A DNA stretch of 64,000 nt from Andalucia godoyi And28 (taxonomy: Eukaryota; Protista; Jakobida). Location: assembly GCA_009859145.1 (NCBI GenBank), contig VRVR01000021.1, positions 259,656 through 323,655 of the forward strand, read 5' to 3'. The notes beneath the pieces are model-generated. The model was not told the origin of the DNA. It made no database searches and saw only the letters and a program-made list of their open reading frames with translations. Below are positions 31,801 through 46,800 of the stretch, piece after piece. The position numbers were made by a program, and so were the translations under genes. Position 1 is the first letter of the stretch. Each line of letters starts with the position of its first letter.

Positions 31801-34800
31801 CAGACATTCTTGATTTTGCATCCGTCCGCGATAGTTACGTGTCCGCTACATCCGGGAGCTCGCTGCTTCGCGTGTCTTCTCTTTTTGCAGCAGGAACCGT
31901 CACGGTTTCAAATTCGCAGATTGTTGTTTCCAAATTCCTCAACTTTTCTACCAGTTCGTTATTCATGGACAATTCAACGATGGATGTTGCGGGACTGCTT
32001 ACCAGCAATGCACGTCTCACCATAATGGACGTTGGGACTCGAAATTCATTATTGGTGCTGAGATCTTCTTCGAGCAGCACCTTTTCATCGTACTTTTCTG
32101 AGAGCTGTTCAGCACGGTTCTTGCTTGACGTGTATGCTGCAGGTAGTATCTCGGTGCAAAACTGCTCACTTTATTCGAACATGTCCTGCACAGTTGCCGG
32201 AAATCTTTCTCTGATGCAATCCAATTTTTCCATGGATTCTGGTGTGTTTCTTGGAAACGGATCCGTCGATCTCCGTGGACAATCGCACTCTTTGTTTTCT
32301 TTGTGCAACTTGACGTTCAATGGCTCTATTATGATATCCGATTCTTCTGGCTTCTCTGCCTTTGGTGGAGAGTTGCAGCTCTTTGGCCACACGCGTTTGA
32401 GTGCGAACTCGACGCTGTTTGTCAGCCCATCGGGTTCGGCACAGTTTGGCTCTCTTTCTGCGGAAAAACGGTCGTCTGTTTCTTTCTTGTCGGCCGCGTA
32501 CCCAATTGTCGGAACAACAGACATTTCTGAGAGCTCAACACTTCAATTTTCGCAGTGCTCAAAAGTAACGTTTGCTGTCGTATATGTTTCGACTTCATCC
32601 TTGATTTCCGATTGCGATATCCTGGCGTCGGCCGCTGCCTCATTTGTGAATGCATCCGTTTCTGCGGCTGCTTCCACCATTTCTGTGGAATCTGCCGGAG
32701 CAATGGCGCTGTCTGCAGCGGTGAAGTTCACGAATCTATTGGTCAATGCTTCTAAGCAGCTTGAATTCATGCAGAATACGTTTTTGGATCTCTGGAATTC
32801 TTCTGTAGCTCTAACTGGCACTCATGTGTCTTCGTCGCCGTCGTTCATGACTTCGATTCGAGGTTTTGGTTTTGGAAGCGCCTTGCTCTCTTCTGCAGTA
32901 TGGATGAGTAATCAATCGTCGTTGTCTTTGTCGAATGTTGAATTCGTTGTTCTGAACTCGACTTTGCAGCTGTCCGAGGTTTCGCTGTCCACTGCTTCAG
33001 TCCGCGTTGCGGAGTCCTCCTCGTTGATTTTCACGAACATTTCCGTTGTCCAGTCTACGTTGAACTTGTCCACTTCGTCTTCCGCTTCGGTCCTTCGTGC
33101 GTCATTGTTGTCATCGTTGGTTGATGTCGCAAGTCCTGGGTCGCTGTCGGTTTCTTCAATGCTAGTGCTGTCGAATTCGTCGTGTGCGATCACGGGGCGA
33201 TTGTCTCTGAACTCTGCCTCAGCTCAGGTTCTTACAGACTCTTCGCTGATCATTAAGTTTTCTGCGTTGCAAGATCTGTCGCTGGATGTCTTGGAGGTGA
33301 CTCGTAGCACTTTGTCCATGTCTGGTGTCCTATCTTTGCAGCAGCGTCTTGTCAGTCTGCATTCTTCGCCAGCATTCTCTGTTTCGGCGGAATCGATTGC
33401 GACCAGCGGTCTTTCCCTGTACAACAGCACCGCTTCGGTGGCTTCGAGTTTGTTGTCTGCTGAGAACTTGAACGTCTCATTTTCGCAATTCTCATCAACG
33501 GGACAGACAAACTGCACTGGCGTCTATCTGCAGGCGAGCAATTACTCATCTATGGGGGGAGCTGTGTTTGGGAATGCCTTGTTCTCTACTACGGGCTCGG
33601 TGATGATTGTTGACACCGCCGTTACAGTAGCAAACTCCTCAACTGTGGTTTCACCAATGGATCTGCGGTTGCTGAATTCTTCGCTCACCTCTGCGGGAAG
33701 CTGGAAGTTTGATTCGGACGCAAACATCACGTGCCTCGATACCGCTTCCTCAATCAAGTATTCAGGCATCACAGAAGGTGTTTCCAAGCGTGTTTCGATC
33801 CGGTGCACATCGACAGTGTCTGGTGCATTCTCCCTCTTCTCAAATTCGTCTCTTTATTTCACCCATCTCATTGTTACAGGCAAATTGTCCCTGTATAACT
33901 CATCATTCGTTGTTGCATCTGTTTTGACGGGCTCCGGCGAGATTGATTTCTATCGATCATCGGCACTTATGGAATCGACGGCCTCCGTCGTGTTTGCGGG
34001 GTCTGTTTTTGAAAGGGATTCTTCGACGTTAGTGTTTGCCAATGGGTCCTCGGTAGTATCGCCACTCGGGCGCTTCTATCTGTCCGATGGCTCAACTGCA
34101 GTGCAAAATGCAACATCATCCGTATTTTTTGGGACAATATCATCACGAGATGACGGTTCCATCTTTCGATTCCGCGGTTCCGTTTTGCTCACAGTTAGCT
34201 CGGTCATTGCACGGGACGGCGGTGTCGTCATTATTGAATCGTGTAGACAGTATTCGTTTGGAGAGGTGGACACGAATGGTAATGGATTGATCGCCTTGTG
34301 TGGAGGTAGTTCCAGCGCAACGCTGGCAGTTGACAATGGAGTTTTTGAATTCTGCGATCCTCTGATCCTAAAGAACAATGCGTCTTTTTTGATTGGAAAC
34401 GGTGGTAATGGATCAGTCATAATCAGGCCCACCCCTAGTTGCCCATCAGCGTCCATCGTCATCGAGAAAGGAGCGCAGCTTCTTCTGCAAGCACAGGAAG
34501 TTTTGTTGTTTGTTGATGTTTTCATTAACGGATACATGCAGGCGTCTTCGGGAAACAACACATTTGTCAATTCGTTCTTCTCCAATGATTCTTCTTCGAC
34601 GTTGTGCACGTCGTCTTCTCTGATGACGTTCAGTGGTCCGTCGACCATTTCCGGTGTCACCAACTTCATGAGTCCATTTGTGAACTTTGGATTTAGCCGC
34701 TCTTTGTTCCGAGGAAACTTGACAGTCACCGGTTGCTTGAAAATGCAGAGAGAAAATGCGGAATTTTCCGAGCACTATTCTTCAGCAGTTGTGTCCTGTA

Positions 34801-37800
34801 TAATCGTCAATGACTCTACCCTGTTGTTGAATCACACTTCGTTTTCTGTTCAAAGCAGCTTTGTTTCTCGAGGATCATCAATAACTATTGTTTGGTCTAA
34901 TTTTTCTGTCCCGACAATCGTGAGTTTGCAATCCTCTAGCGGGTTTTCTTTCAATGATTCGAATATTCTGGTGCCGATCAACTCGTCGTGGACTGTGGAT
35001 GCATCTCGCGTTTCTCTTCGTTCAACATACGTTGAACAACATGGCTACATTCTCATTTCTGGCAATTCCAGTGATGTGTCACTTTTCAATTCCACCATCG
35101 GATCATCCATATCGGAATTCGACATGTCCACCTGTTCGTTTTCGTCACAGTTCACGAAAATCTCGATCTCACGAGTGCAGTTGTTCAATAGCAGAGCGTC
35201 GTTTGCATTGTCTCCTGTCTTTGCCGAGATCTTGCAATTTTCGGGCAACTCTATAATGTCGTCTGACAGTGTCGTGGAAATGCGAGAAGCGTGGATTGCA
35301 GATGGCACGTTGTTAGGAACAGGAGCAGACGCTGTCTTCCGTGTATCGAGCTCTTTAGATTTACAAATGCGTCTTCCGGTTTACTTGATAAGCGCAGTGT
35401 TGGAAGTTGCAGGCAGCGGGCTTGTTTCCGGTTCGAGCACCTTGTATTTTGCAGGCGAGTCGTCATTGAACATCAAAGGAAATCTTACCGTTGCGTCGTC
35501 CGTTTCGTTCTTATCGTCGAGCGCGCAAGCCATATCTTCCATGCTCGTAGAGAAGACTGCATTCCTCGTTGTTGCGAATTCCAGCTTCATTTGCGAAGTA
35601 CCAGTCTTTGTCACTGGTCAGATGTCTGTGAACCAGAACGTTTCTGTTGTGTTGCGTGATCTGTCCTTATTCGGCTCCGTATCTGTTGTTGGCGATCCGT
35701 ATGTGCCCACTTCTATGGTTCTTACAGGAGCATTTGCCGGCGACGGAAGAATTGGGCTGCTCAATTCGTATTTCACCCTTTCAAATGCGTCAAAAGTTAA
35801 TTTTCCGGGTTCTCTCTTTGCGGCGAGCTCTTTCTTGTTTGCGCAGTCTTCGAATGTAACGTTCTTTGGGAACATGTCTCTTCGGTATGGCTCCAAGCTG
35901 GATTACCGAAATGTGTCTCTTGGGACAATTTCTCTTTTTTCGTTGTTTGACAACAGCTCCGCTGTGTTTTTGGACTCGGCCGTCCGTGACGTCGATTTTC
36001 TGTCTGTGATTTTGGCGGGAAATGCAACGATGACCCTCAACTACCGCAATCCTTCCGTATCGCGGATATCGCTTCACGACTATGCATCGTTGTTTGTGTC
36101 GGCATCCGATGTGCATATGAACGACGTATCTTTATCAAATCATTCTCTGGTGGACATGTCACAGGTCGCAAATTCCAGTATCCAATCGTTGTACATGACG
36201 CATGCACCAAGTTTCATTGAATCTACACACAGTAGTATTTACAATTCCATATTCATGGGAGGTGTGTTTTCTTGCAATGGATCGGCGAGGTTCGAGAATT
36301 CGTCCGTATTTGATGTCGCCGAGCGCTTCGAGCTTCGCAGTTGCGTGGTGGATGCATTTCACAGTTCGGTGTTCCGGAAAGGAGTTGTGGTCTTGTCAGA
36401 TTCGGCACTGCTCCGATTTTTCGACAGCGCAGTCTTTCTGCAAGGTGGAATTGCGGCAACAAACGATGCGTCGCATGTGATCTTTGCTGCTGGAGCATCT
36501 GCGATTGTTTTAGACTCGTCATTCTATCTGTTCGATTGTAATGTGCAAGTTCTTGGAAATTTGTCCGTCGTTCACTCTGTCGCAAACTTTTCTGCTGCAC
36601 TCAATGTTTCAGGATATCTTCAAATCTCATCCGATTCGGACGTCGCGAGCGTCAGCAGCGTGTACACTGAAGTCGGTAGTGTCGTGTCGATGATGAATTC
36701 GTCTTTGCAAATTGTTCGCGATAGTCGACTACAAGGACGTTTGGCAATTTCAGGTTCGCTTTTGCATTTTGGACCGACATCGCGTTCGTATGGATCTGGA
36801 ATTCTGGAGATCTCCGAGAAGTCTTTCTTCAATGTTTCTGGATTTCTCTCCATGCCGAATGCGACGTTCCTTGTTTTGAACAAATCTGATGTTCGGCTGC
36901 AGCAGACGTCTGTTGTTGCAGAGCAATTCGGGTCGTCGATGACGCTGCATAATTCAGCAATGGAGGTGCATTCTCACGCTCCAGTACGATTCAGTTCGCT
37001 TGGATTGTATGCTGCATCATCGGCAGTTTTTAGTAGTCTCTATGACATTACAGGATTTTTCCTTGAGACGGGTGGTCAGTCGACGATCCAAACGTTTGAC
37101 ACGCTGTCGTTCTCTGTTTTGTCTGTGCTGTCTGGCTCCGTTTCGTGTGAAAACAACTCCATGGTTACTATTCAAAATGCCTCGTTGTCTGGGGAATCTG
37201 TAGGCCGGTTTCACAATTGTCCGATTGTAGTGAATGACTTTTCAGTTCCATCCGCCATTGCGGACCTGGGATTTGAAAATTCTTCTATTGAGATCACCCA
37301 CCAACTCCGAGTTAGTAACAGCAGCTTTTTCTTGCATTGTGACACTCTGTCACTCGTCAGTCTCACCAGCTCTTGGATAATTCATGAAGCGTCGTCTGTC
37401 ATTTGGAATTGCTCGGTGAAGTCAGCAATTGGCAGTCACGGGTCCATGCTTTCCAGCCAGGTTTCGTTGTATGGTTCGTATGTTTTCAATGGCACCATTG
37501 TCATTGACAGTGGATCCGAGGTGCTTGTGTCATCTCGTGTCGATGCCAACAAGAATGTGTCGGTGTTCAATTCCAGATTTGTTTTGAACACAACTGCTTC
37601 GCTTTCCATGTTTGACCAGTCCATGACTGTCATGAATTCGTCTGTGGTCCTTCTTCCGGGGTCTTCCTTGTTTTCGGATGGGAGAATTGGTTTTGAGGAT
37701 TCAACATTTAAGGCTGCTGGTCTAATGGATGTGTCGACGTGTTCGTTCGAGTTTGTGTTGTCTTCCGCTAACCTTACGTCCTCTGCTTCTGCAGCACTGT

Positions 37801-40800
37801 TAATGGGACGTTCGTTTTCGATTTGGAATTCAACTCTGTATTCGTCTATGCCGAAGCTGGATTTTGTGACGTTCTCGGCTGTGGGGCCTCTCTCGGCTTT
37901 GACCATGGTGTCGTCTCATGTTTCCGCCGTCCAATGCTTACTGGAAGATATTGGAATGTGGACCATTGCAAGCAGCGATGTGGCTCTGACGAATGTGACA
38001 TTGACTTCTCCAGGCGGTATCGTCTCGGTTCGTAACTCCTCTATTGTTGTTCGGAATATGCTGTTTGCTGGTGCTGTTGTCCAATGCGACAATGCTCGCG
38101 TGATCTATGGACAGTTTGTGGTTTCGGGTATCCATTCAAAATTCTCTACATGCCGGGTTTCCGTCGAGAATTCGACGGATTTTTTGACATCTTCTCTGCT
38201 CACGTTGGACAACTCGACGCTGTGGACACACGGTCTTACCAGGATTCTACCGGATGTTCGAATCGCGGGCGGACGCAGCTCCCTGATTCTTAGCGATTTT
38301 GGAGTGTTCCAAGGCCCTGGTGTGGTTGTGGATGTAGATGTTTTCGCTTTGAACGTTTCAGATGTCAACGTGCTTCATTCCGTTTCTGTTTTCGGACGAG
38401 TCGAACTTCATGGTCGCATTTTCATGAATGACTCTTCGAGCCTGCTTTTACACGGTGGAGGGTCCGTTTTGGGTACCATTGCTGCCGCGCAAAATAGTTC
38501 GTTGAATGTTTCTGATTGTCGATTGCCACTTTTGTTTGACGTTGACAGCAGAGTTCTTGGACTTCCTTACTTGATATCCGTCAATTGCTCTCTGGAGTCG
38601 AAGGGATACGTGGATGTTGACCGGCTTCAGTCCTTGGCTTCCATTATCAATATCCGCAGCACTTCGACGTTTATTTCCAATGTTTCATCCCTTACCTCGT
38701 CGTTTCTTGGCGATTATGGCACTCTCCGAATGAATCAAATCACGGGTCTGCACGATCGGAGTAACTTTGTGGTAGGCTTGGGCGGCGTTTTACGCCTTCC
38801 ATTCAATTTCTCGGTTTCTACGTCGTCCGTGTTTGTTGCTGTTTACGATTCTACCCTGCTCTCCCAAAGTCACACATCCGTTGTCTGCATCGGTGCAAAC
38901 ATGTCAATTCTTGCACATCAGGAACTCGCAATTGAGCATCTCAACGTTGTTAGTTCGCATTTTGTTATTGGGTCTAACACATCATTAACTGCTGCTGCTG
39001 TTTCTGTTTCCTCTCAGTCAAATGTTTCGATTTCGGGAAGTATCAAGATTACAGACTCATTTTCGTTCTTTTCCGGACGTATCTACGGGACTGGATTTTT
39101 CCGTTTGTATGGTGCGTCTCGGCTGCTGTCGGAAGGGTCAAAGATCTTCTCTGCAACGGTTGTCACAGTATTCGGAAACATGACGTTCGGTGCTGCCGAG
39201 GATCTGTATCTCTCCGGTGGATCTTCTCTGACGATTGCCATGTCTGGCTGGCTTTTGTATCCGACTGGTGTTTCTGTCCGACCTGGGGACACCCTTTCTG
39301 GAACTCTGACCATTCAAGGCGGCCTACGAGGCATGGGGGATAATTCTTCAATTGCCTTTGAAGTTCCCGTGGATACCGCTAGGAATGCATCGTTTTTGAT
39401 ATCCTATTCGTCTGTCACATTTGATGAGGCTGTCGTAATTGCAAATAGCGTGAACCAATCTTCTGGGCAGCTCATTTTCAACGGTGGTGGGTCCTTCGTT
39501 GTTGTTGCGTCGGACGAGAGGCCGTTTGTGGCCTCCAGTGGTTTGCTACGATTTGCGGGGTCCGATTCATCGTACGTCGTTAGTTATGGATATGACGTGT
39601 ATTCCTATGGCGTTCTCGAGTTCGATGCTTTTCAGTTCACGACGACAGGAAATCTTTTTACGTATTCCACTGTGTCTGCGTACAGTGGTACTATCAATTT
39701 TGGAGATTTTCGAAGTTTAGATTTGTCAACGATTGTCCTTTCGCAGGAATTGAACTTTGTTGGCGGCCAGACAAAGATTGTTGGTGAAATTCAATTGTTT
39801 GGATCTCTGGTCGTAGGAAGCGACAACGTTGTTGCATCCATGGAGTTTGTTGCTGGTGGTCAACTTCTGCGAAATGAGTTGTCCATTCTTGTGCGTCGGT
39901 TGGGCACACTTTCGTTTAATTCAGACTCGGAAGGTTCCATTGTGAACGTTAAATCAGTGAAAGTTCAAGGCACCTTGAACTTCAACTCTGGTCAGAATGT
40001 TCAGATTTCTGACTTGTATTTAGCCGGCGGTGTCGTTGTTGCAGATCGTGACATGCTTGTCCGAAATTCTTTTATCTGGGAAGACGGGACGCTGTTGGGT
40101 TCCGGGCAGACGAAAAACTTTGGAATCTTGAATTTCACAACAGACGGCTTCAAGTTCTTCGACACTCGTACCATTTTGAACTTCAACTACACGGAAATCA
40201 CCGGAAACCCGCTGTTTCGTTTTCGTCGTGGTGCCCAGTTCATAAACAACGGCACGTTGAATATCCGTTCTGGATTCATCTTGCAGGCCGGCACGACGGA
40301 TGATGCATCCCATGTCGTCAACGGGAAATCCGGAGTGATGTTCGTCAATCCAGGGCCTGGAGGGATTTTTGACTGCCAGAGTCTTGTGGTCAACGACGGC
40401 ACAATCCGCATAGGAGCTGGTGTTTTCCAGCTCAGTCAAGGAGGATTTTTGCGACAAGATGCGGGAACTCTTGCGCTCAACGGAGGACTTCTTCGTGTTG
40501 TCTCTGACTCATTCGTGTTTGGAGTGCAGATTAACGGTGGTTCCATTCAGAGTCCTGGCACAATTGAAGCCAACGTTCTTAATGCATACGGACTTCTGGA
40601 CCTGTCTTCAACTGTGAACATTGTAGGTGTCTACGAACAAGACTTGGACGCCGACATGAAAGTGACGATCAACGATCGCCAGTTGTTTGGATTCTTGAAT
40701 GTTTCTGCTTCTGTCTGGCTTCGAGGATCTTTGATTGCAAATGTTTTCAATGATTCGTTTGTGCAGGAGAATCGTGACATGACATTTGTTTTCATGCGAT

Positions 40801-43800
40801 ACGCAAGAATCGGGCAGGACGTGGAGCCCCTTATGAATGATTTCCGACGAATTCTTGGCTGCAACGGATTTTTGCGAGCAGATAAGTTTGCCACGTCGTA
40901 TTCCGTGACGATCATTCAGTACACGGAAATCGGTCAGTTGTACGTCTCTTCTGCTCAGACTGCCAGCGATGCCTCCTGCTGTGGAAGTTTCGAAATTCCG
41001 TGCAAGTCAATTAGTTTTGCTCTCGAGACTGTTCTGGACGGAAAGACTATTGTTCTGATGCCTGGCGTGTTTCGCGTGGGCTCGCCGAACACAAACGTCC
41101 AGATCACTGCTCCAAACAAGGCATTCAGTATTGTTGCGTTTTCACCCCAAGCCACAGTTCTCGATTGTGAGTCCCATGGTCCGTTTATGATTTTTTCACA
41201 TCAGAGTGTATCTGCACTGTCCGGTTTCATCATTCGCAATTGCTCATCTGACCAGGGAGGAGCATTGAGAGTCATTAGCGGTGCGTATCCCATGATTTCC
41301 AATATGATTTTCGATTCTAACCGCTCTCCTTCAGGTGGAGCCATTTTTGTCGAGGATGCGACACCAATGATCAGCAATTCTACATTCATCTCTAACTCTG
41401 CTGACAACGGTGGTGCGATTTTCATTTCTGGCGCGGCCTCTCGTGTTTCCATTTTTGATGCGTATATGTCGGAGAACATGGCTGATGTTTCTGGTGGCCA
41501 CGTGTCTGTGCAAAATAGTGGTGCTCTTGAGATGCAGCGCAGTGTGCTTTCCAAAGGCTATTCTGTGACGAGTGGTGGTTGTTTCTCATGTGAATCGGCG
41601 AGTAATTGTTCTTTTTCGGAAACCTCATTTATAATGTGTTCATCATTCGATGGGGGAGCTGGATCCGTTGTGTTGGCTTCTGCAAACCTCTCGGCTTGCC
41701 ATTTCATTTCCAATCAAGCTCTGGGCACTGTTCTTTCTGATGGTGCACCGACAGTGGGAGGGGGTGCTATGAGCTTGTCGGAGGCGTCGTTCGTTTGCTC
41801 TTCCACTGTCTTCAGCAAGAACAATGCTACGTATGGAGGCTGTTTGTTTTTGCTGAAGCTATCCGGATCGACTTCATTAATCCGGTCCTCCGTTTTTTTG
41901 GATAACATTGGAACGTATGGTGGTGCTATTTACGTGTATGAATCTGCAATCAACATTGCTGGTTCTCAGTGTTCGAACAACACGGCGTTGAACTCTGGTG
42001 GCTGTGTTTCTGCTTCTCTGAGCACGGTAGTGGTTCGTTTATCGGAATTTCTTTCCAATCGTGCTTCTGGGCTCGGCGGAGCAGTTTACGTATTTCGCTT
42101 GGACGTTGGAGGGTTTTCTATTTTCGACTCGCAGCTTTCCAAGAATTTTGGTACTTTAGGTGGTGCCCTCGCCGCGGACACGTCACCCGTTGTGCTTCAT
42201 AACTGCATACTTGATGACAATGAATCCGTCGAGTTTGGTGCAGGATTGTACTTGAAGTCTTCGCAGGTGGACACTACGTTGTGCTCTTTACGACGAAACA
42301 AATGTCAGAGCAGTGGTGGTGGAATTTACGTGGAATCCGGATCGACGCTGGCGGTCAATGCGTCGTCGTTTGAAGCGAATCAGGCAAGTGTGTATGGGGC
42401 TGGATTCTACGTTTCCGCCTCTTCGATTACTTTGCAGTCTTCTGTGTTTTTGAACCAAGTTAGCCGGTTTGGCGGTGCAGGCTATGCGGTGTCTGCAGAT
42501 ACGTCGGTTTCGAACTGTTCATTTGCGAACATGACCGCATCTTCTCAAGGCGGGTCGCTGTTTGTCATTGCTTCAACCGTTAAGATTGTGGACTCCTCGT
42601 TCTCAACGAGCAGTTCCCAAGAATCTGGTGGTGGCATCCATGCAATCTCTTGCACGTTCACGGTTACCTCCTCGGTGTTTTCCACATGTTCTTCTGGAAC
42701 GGGAGGAGCTGTGTTTGTGGATTCTTCGGAGTGCGTTTTCAACTTGACTACACTGAGCGCGAACCAGGCGACGGATGGTGGCGGCCTGTTCTCTGTTCTG
42801 TCTTCTGTTTCGATGGCACAAGTCACGCTTCAGCGTAATGCAGTGTCGAACAGAGGCGGTGGAGTGTATTGCCTGTCTTCCAAAATATTTGACTTGTCTT
42901 CTTCATTCTTCGCTGGCAACAACGCGACGTCGTCTGGAGGAGCAGCGTATGTGGAAAAATGCCCCGCGACTCTCAAAGATTCCGTTTTGGACGGCTCTTC
43001 CTCTCCCGTTGGCTCCGGGCTGCATCTCGTGTTTGGTTCGACTGCAAAGGTGACGCGTTCCACTTTCGTCGGAAACCAAGGTGACACTGGAGGTGGAATT
43101 TATTGTGATGCTTGTTCAGACTTGGTAGTTCTCAACAGCTCGTTTATTCGCAATTCTGTGAAGAAGTTCGGTGCCGGCATTGCGGATATCCGTGGCGTCT
43201 CGGTTCTGACGATTCAAGGGACGCGGTTTCATGAAAATGCAGCTGCAACTCGCGGTGGCGGCCTCTATCTCTCTGACGTCTCTGCTCTTGTGAATGACAC
43301 GGAGTTTACTACACAGTCTGCAGGAGAAGGAGGAGGATTGTTCTTTACTCTAAGTTCTTCTTCTGTCGGACAATTGTGGTTGACGAAGTCCACGTTCCAG
43401 AATAACACCGCTTCGTTCGGGTGCGGCGGAGGCTTTTGCTGGGATGTATTGGAGCCGTTCTACGACAACTTCACCAAGCAGTCCATGATCGGAAATACTG
43501 GTGTGTACGGACCGAACATCGGTTCTGCGCCCAAGAAACTGTCCACTGCGATGAATGTCTCTCAACCTCAGCGCTCGGGAGAACAGTTCACAGAGGTGCT
43601 GAACGTGGATGTTTTGGACTTCTACGACCAAGTTGTCGCGATCGACAATGGTACCGTGGTATCCGTCGAGCCAGCGACACTTTCGACTATCATCTCCGGC
43701 GCACGTACGGCTGCGACGGTGAACGGACGTGCTACATTTAGCGGCATTGGTGTGGTTGCGAAGCCGGGTTCTTCTGTGAATATCAAATTCGTACAAACTG

Positions 43801-46800
43801 TGCTCGATGCCGACTCGACATCCGTGTCCGTGAGTCCGTGCAATGCCGGAGAGACGGAATTAGAATCGTTGTGCCGCAGCTGTGCTTCTGGATTCTATAA
43901 TCTGAATGCGGATTTGTATTGTGTGCCGTGTCCATCCGAGGGTACACTGTGCCCTGGTGGAAATGTAACAAAATCAATAGCGGATTGGTGGTTATGGAGG
44001 TATCCGAATAGAGTGGTACCCTATCGGTGCCCCGACAAATATTGTCTGGCTGATAACATTTGTGGAGCAAATCGCATTCAATCGGAGGACAATGTGCTCT
44101 GCTCTCGGTGTATTAAGGATCACATTAACTGGGGTCAGGACTGTGTTGAATGCACGGAGGTGAATGGTGGTCTTGTGTTCGCAGCTATCGTCGTCTGTTG
44201 GGCGTACATCATTGTTCTCCTTGTTGTGGGCCAGTCCGACTCAGGAATGTTCAAAATATTCATGTATTTTGCGCAAACGCTTCAACTGATCATTCCCACC
44301 ACGGTTCGAAATGGGTTTGTGGACTTGCTCGGGCTTGCGAATCTGCGGGTGCAAGAATCTGCGGGTGGTGCGTGCTTGGCGCCTCTGGATTTCTTCGGGA
44401 AATCGTTGTTTAACGTCTTGATCCCGCTGTTTTTGCTGTTCCTACTGGTGCTGACGTGGCTTTTGAACGCGATTTGGACTGCAGTAGAGCAGCGTGTCAA
44501 GAGAGCTGCCAAGTTTCTTAGCATGGTGGTGTACTATCGATCGGTATCTGCAGCATCGAGTTACATTTGGAAAGAGAAAATGGAATACGAGAGAACCATG
44601 ACAGAGGAAAAGCGTCTTGAAATGGTGCGAACAGCTGCTGTCAATCGAAGCAAACGACTTGCGCTGTATGTTTATACTTTTGCATTCTTGTTGTTGTTTT
44701 CATATTCCACTATTAGTTTGACTGTGTTGGAGTTTGTGAACTGCCGGCAAGTCGAGGACCTAACATTGGTGACATCGCAACCGGAGGTCTCATGCGATTC
44801 GGATAGCTATCGTGCGTGGCTGACGGTGTACGTTGTTCTCTTGGCTGTAATTGTCGTTGGTGCCCCGTTTCTGTTGCTAGGATTCTTGCTGTGGTCCTGG
44901 AGAAAGCAGAAATTGGCGGAAGAATCTTTCAAGATGCATTTCGGAGTCCTTTATTCGTCGTATCGACTGAAGTTTTTCTGGTACGAGAGTGTGTTCATGA
45001 TTCGTCGGACAATTATTACTTCATTTTTCGTTTTGTTTTATGATGAGCCGCCGACCCGATCATTCACCTTGGCTTGTGTATGTATCGTCTTTTTAGCAGT
45101 GCATGTCGCCATGAGGCCGTTCTTGTACATCAGGGACAATATTGCAGAGACGGCTTCTCTCCTTGCGATTGCTGTTATCGCGGGTCTTGCCTCCTCGGAA
45201 TGGTTGACTGCCGCCCCTTCTTCAGCGACTGTCGTCTTCATCATATTTGTTTGTCTTCCATTTGTTGTCTGGGGCGCTCTAGGGTTGTATATTGTCTTCG
45301 CAGTGGTTCACGTCGTCGTCCGCAAACGCCAAGGCCGGCCCCTTCCGGCAGACTATTATGCACCTCGTCTGCAAGGAGCGTCGAAGAATGTGAAATATGT
45401 GTATCTATCAGGAAATGCAACCAGAGCAAAGGGCATTCCATTTGTGATTGCAGAGGGTGCGTCGGAAGATGGGTCAGCCGACGCGAGTAAGCCTGCAGAC
45501 AAGTTGGACCAGGGATTTGCATTTAGAGGTCTTGGTGCTGATGAGATGCAAGAGTACTCCAACCCTGTCTACCGTTCGAAGGCGGTGATGTACTCTGATG
45601 ATGAGACCTCCAATAACTTTGATCCTCGATCGATGCTACCCCAGTATTCCAAACGTCGGTTTGGCTTGTACGCGAATCCGCTTTTCGGCAGAACAGTCTA
45701 CGTGGACAACGATCAGCCTGGAATTGTCTATCAGGGAGGCACGTTGTCTCCTACCCTGCGTCCGTTTGTGCCGCAGTCGAATTCTGCTTCTCGTCACCCA
45801 GGACCGCCGGTGCCGCAATTTTCAAGGCAGTCTGCGCAGAATGCTTCAAAGACTGCTCAGCCTGCGCTGAGGACTACACAGGAGCCTTTGTTAATTCGAA
45901 ATTCGACTCAGTCTGCGCATGGCTGGTTCCTGAATCCGCTGCCGCTTGCGAAGAATGCCGTGGTGGTAGTGGAGAATTCAACGCCCTACGGCGAGAGTGC
46001 CGGGGAGCCTCATGTGATTTTGCATGGCCCTACGCTATTGCCTGATGTGACCTCGGAGCCCAAGTTTGCCTTGCCTCCCACCGTTGCGAGCAGTTCGCCG
46101 CAGAGCCCTCCAATTCCTGCCATCATCGGAGGTACATCTTTTGGAGCGGGTACGCAGAAAGCCGCATTCTACCGCAATGCTGCGCATGGTAAGGATATTG
46201 ACGTTGATGCCTCTGCAGACGTTGTGTATTCTAACAACTCTTCAACCCCGCCATCCTCAAATGCTGCCTCCTCTTTGCTTTCTTCAACTCCTCCTTTACT
46301 GACTTCTTCCCTTACTTCCCCTTCTTCTTCCCCTCCTGTTTCTTCTTCTTTGCTTCATCCATCGAATGTCAATGGCTCATCTTCGTCCACCCGTCTGCTA
46401 TCATCATCATTACCGATGCCAAATCCGGCTCGCCTTTCCCAGGTTTCCACAAGCAGCAGCACGAGCTCGGCTGAATTTGAAGCCGCTGTCCCCAAACCTC
46501 TCCCCTCCGGCCCTTCGTTTGGCCGTGGCATCGGACGTGAGAGTGTTGGATACTTCAAAAATGCTGCTCATGGCCAGGATCTAGACTTTCTGGAAGCGCC
46601 GCTTCCCCTTGCTCCTCCTGCCCTCATCGAACAGCCCTCGAAGAAATCGAAAAAGACTCGAAAGGACTCGTCGTCGTCGTCTTCACGTACGTTCATTGGT
46701 CCGCCGCCGTCCACTTCGGTGTTTATTGGACCTCGGCCGTCGTCCGTTGCGCGGCCCACTGAGATTCGCAAAGCAGCTCTGATGGGCAATCCTGTGTATG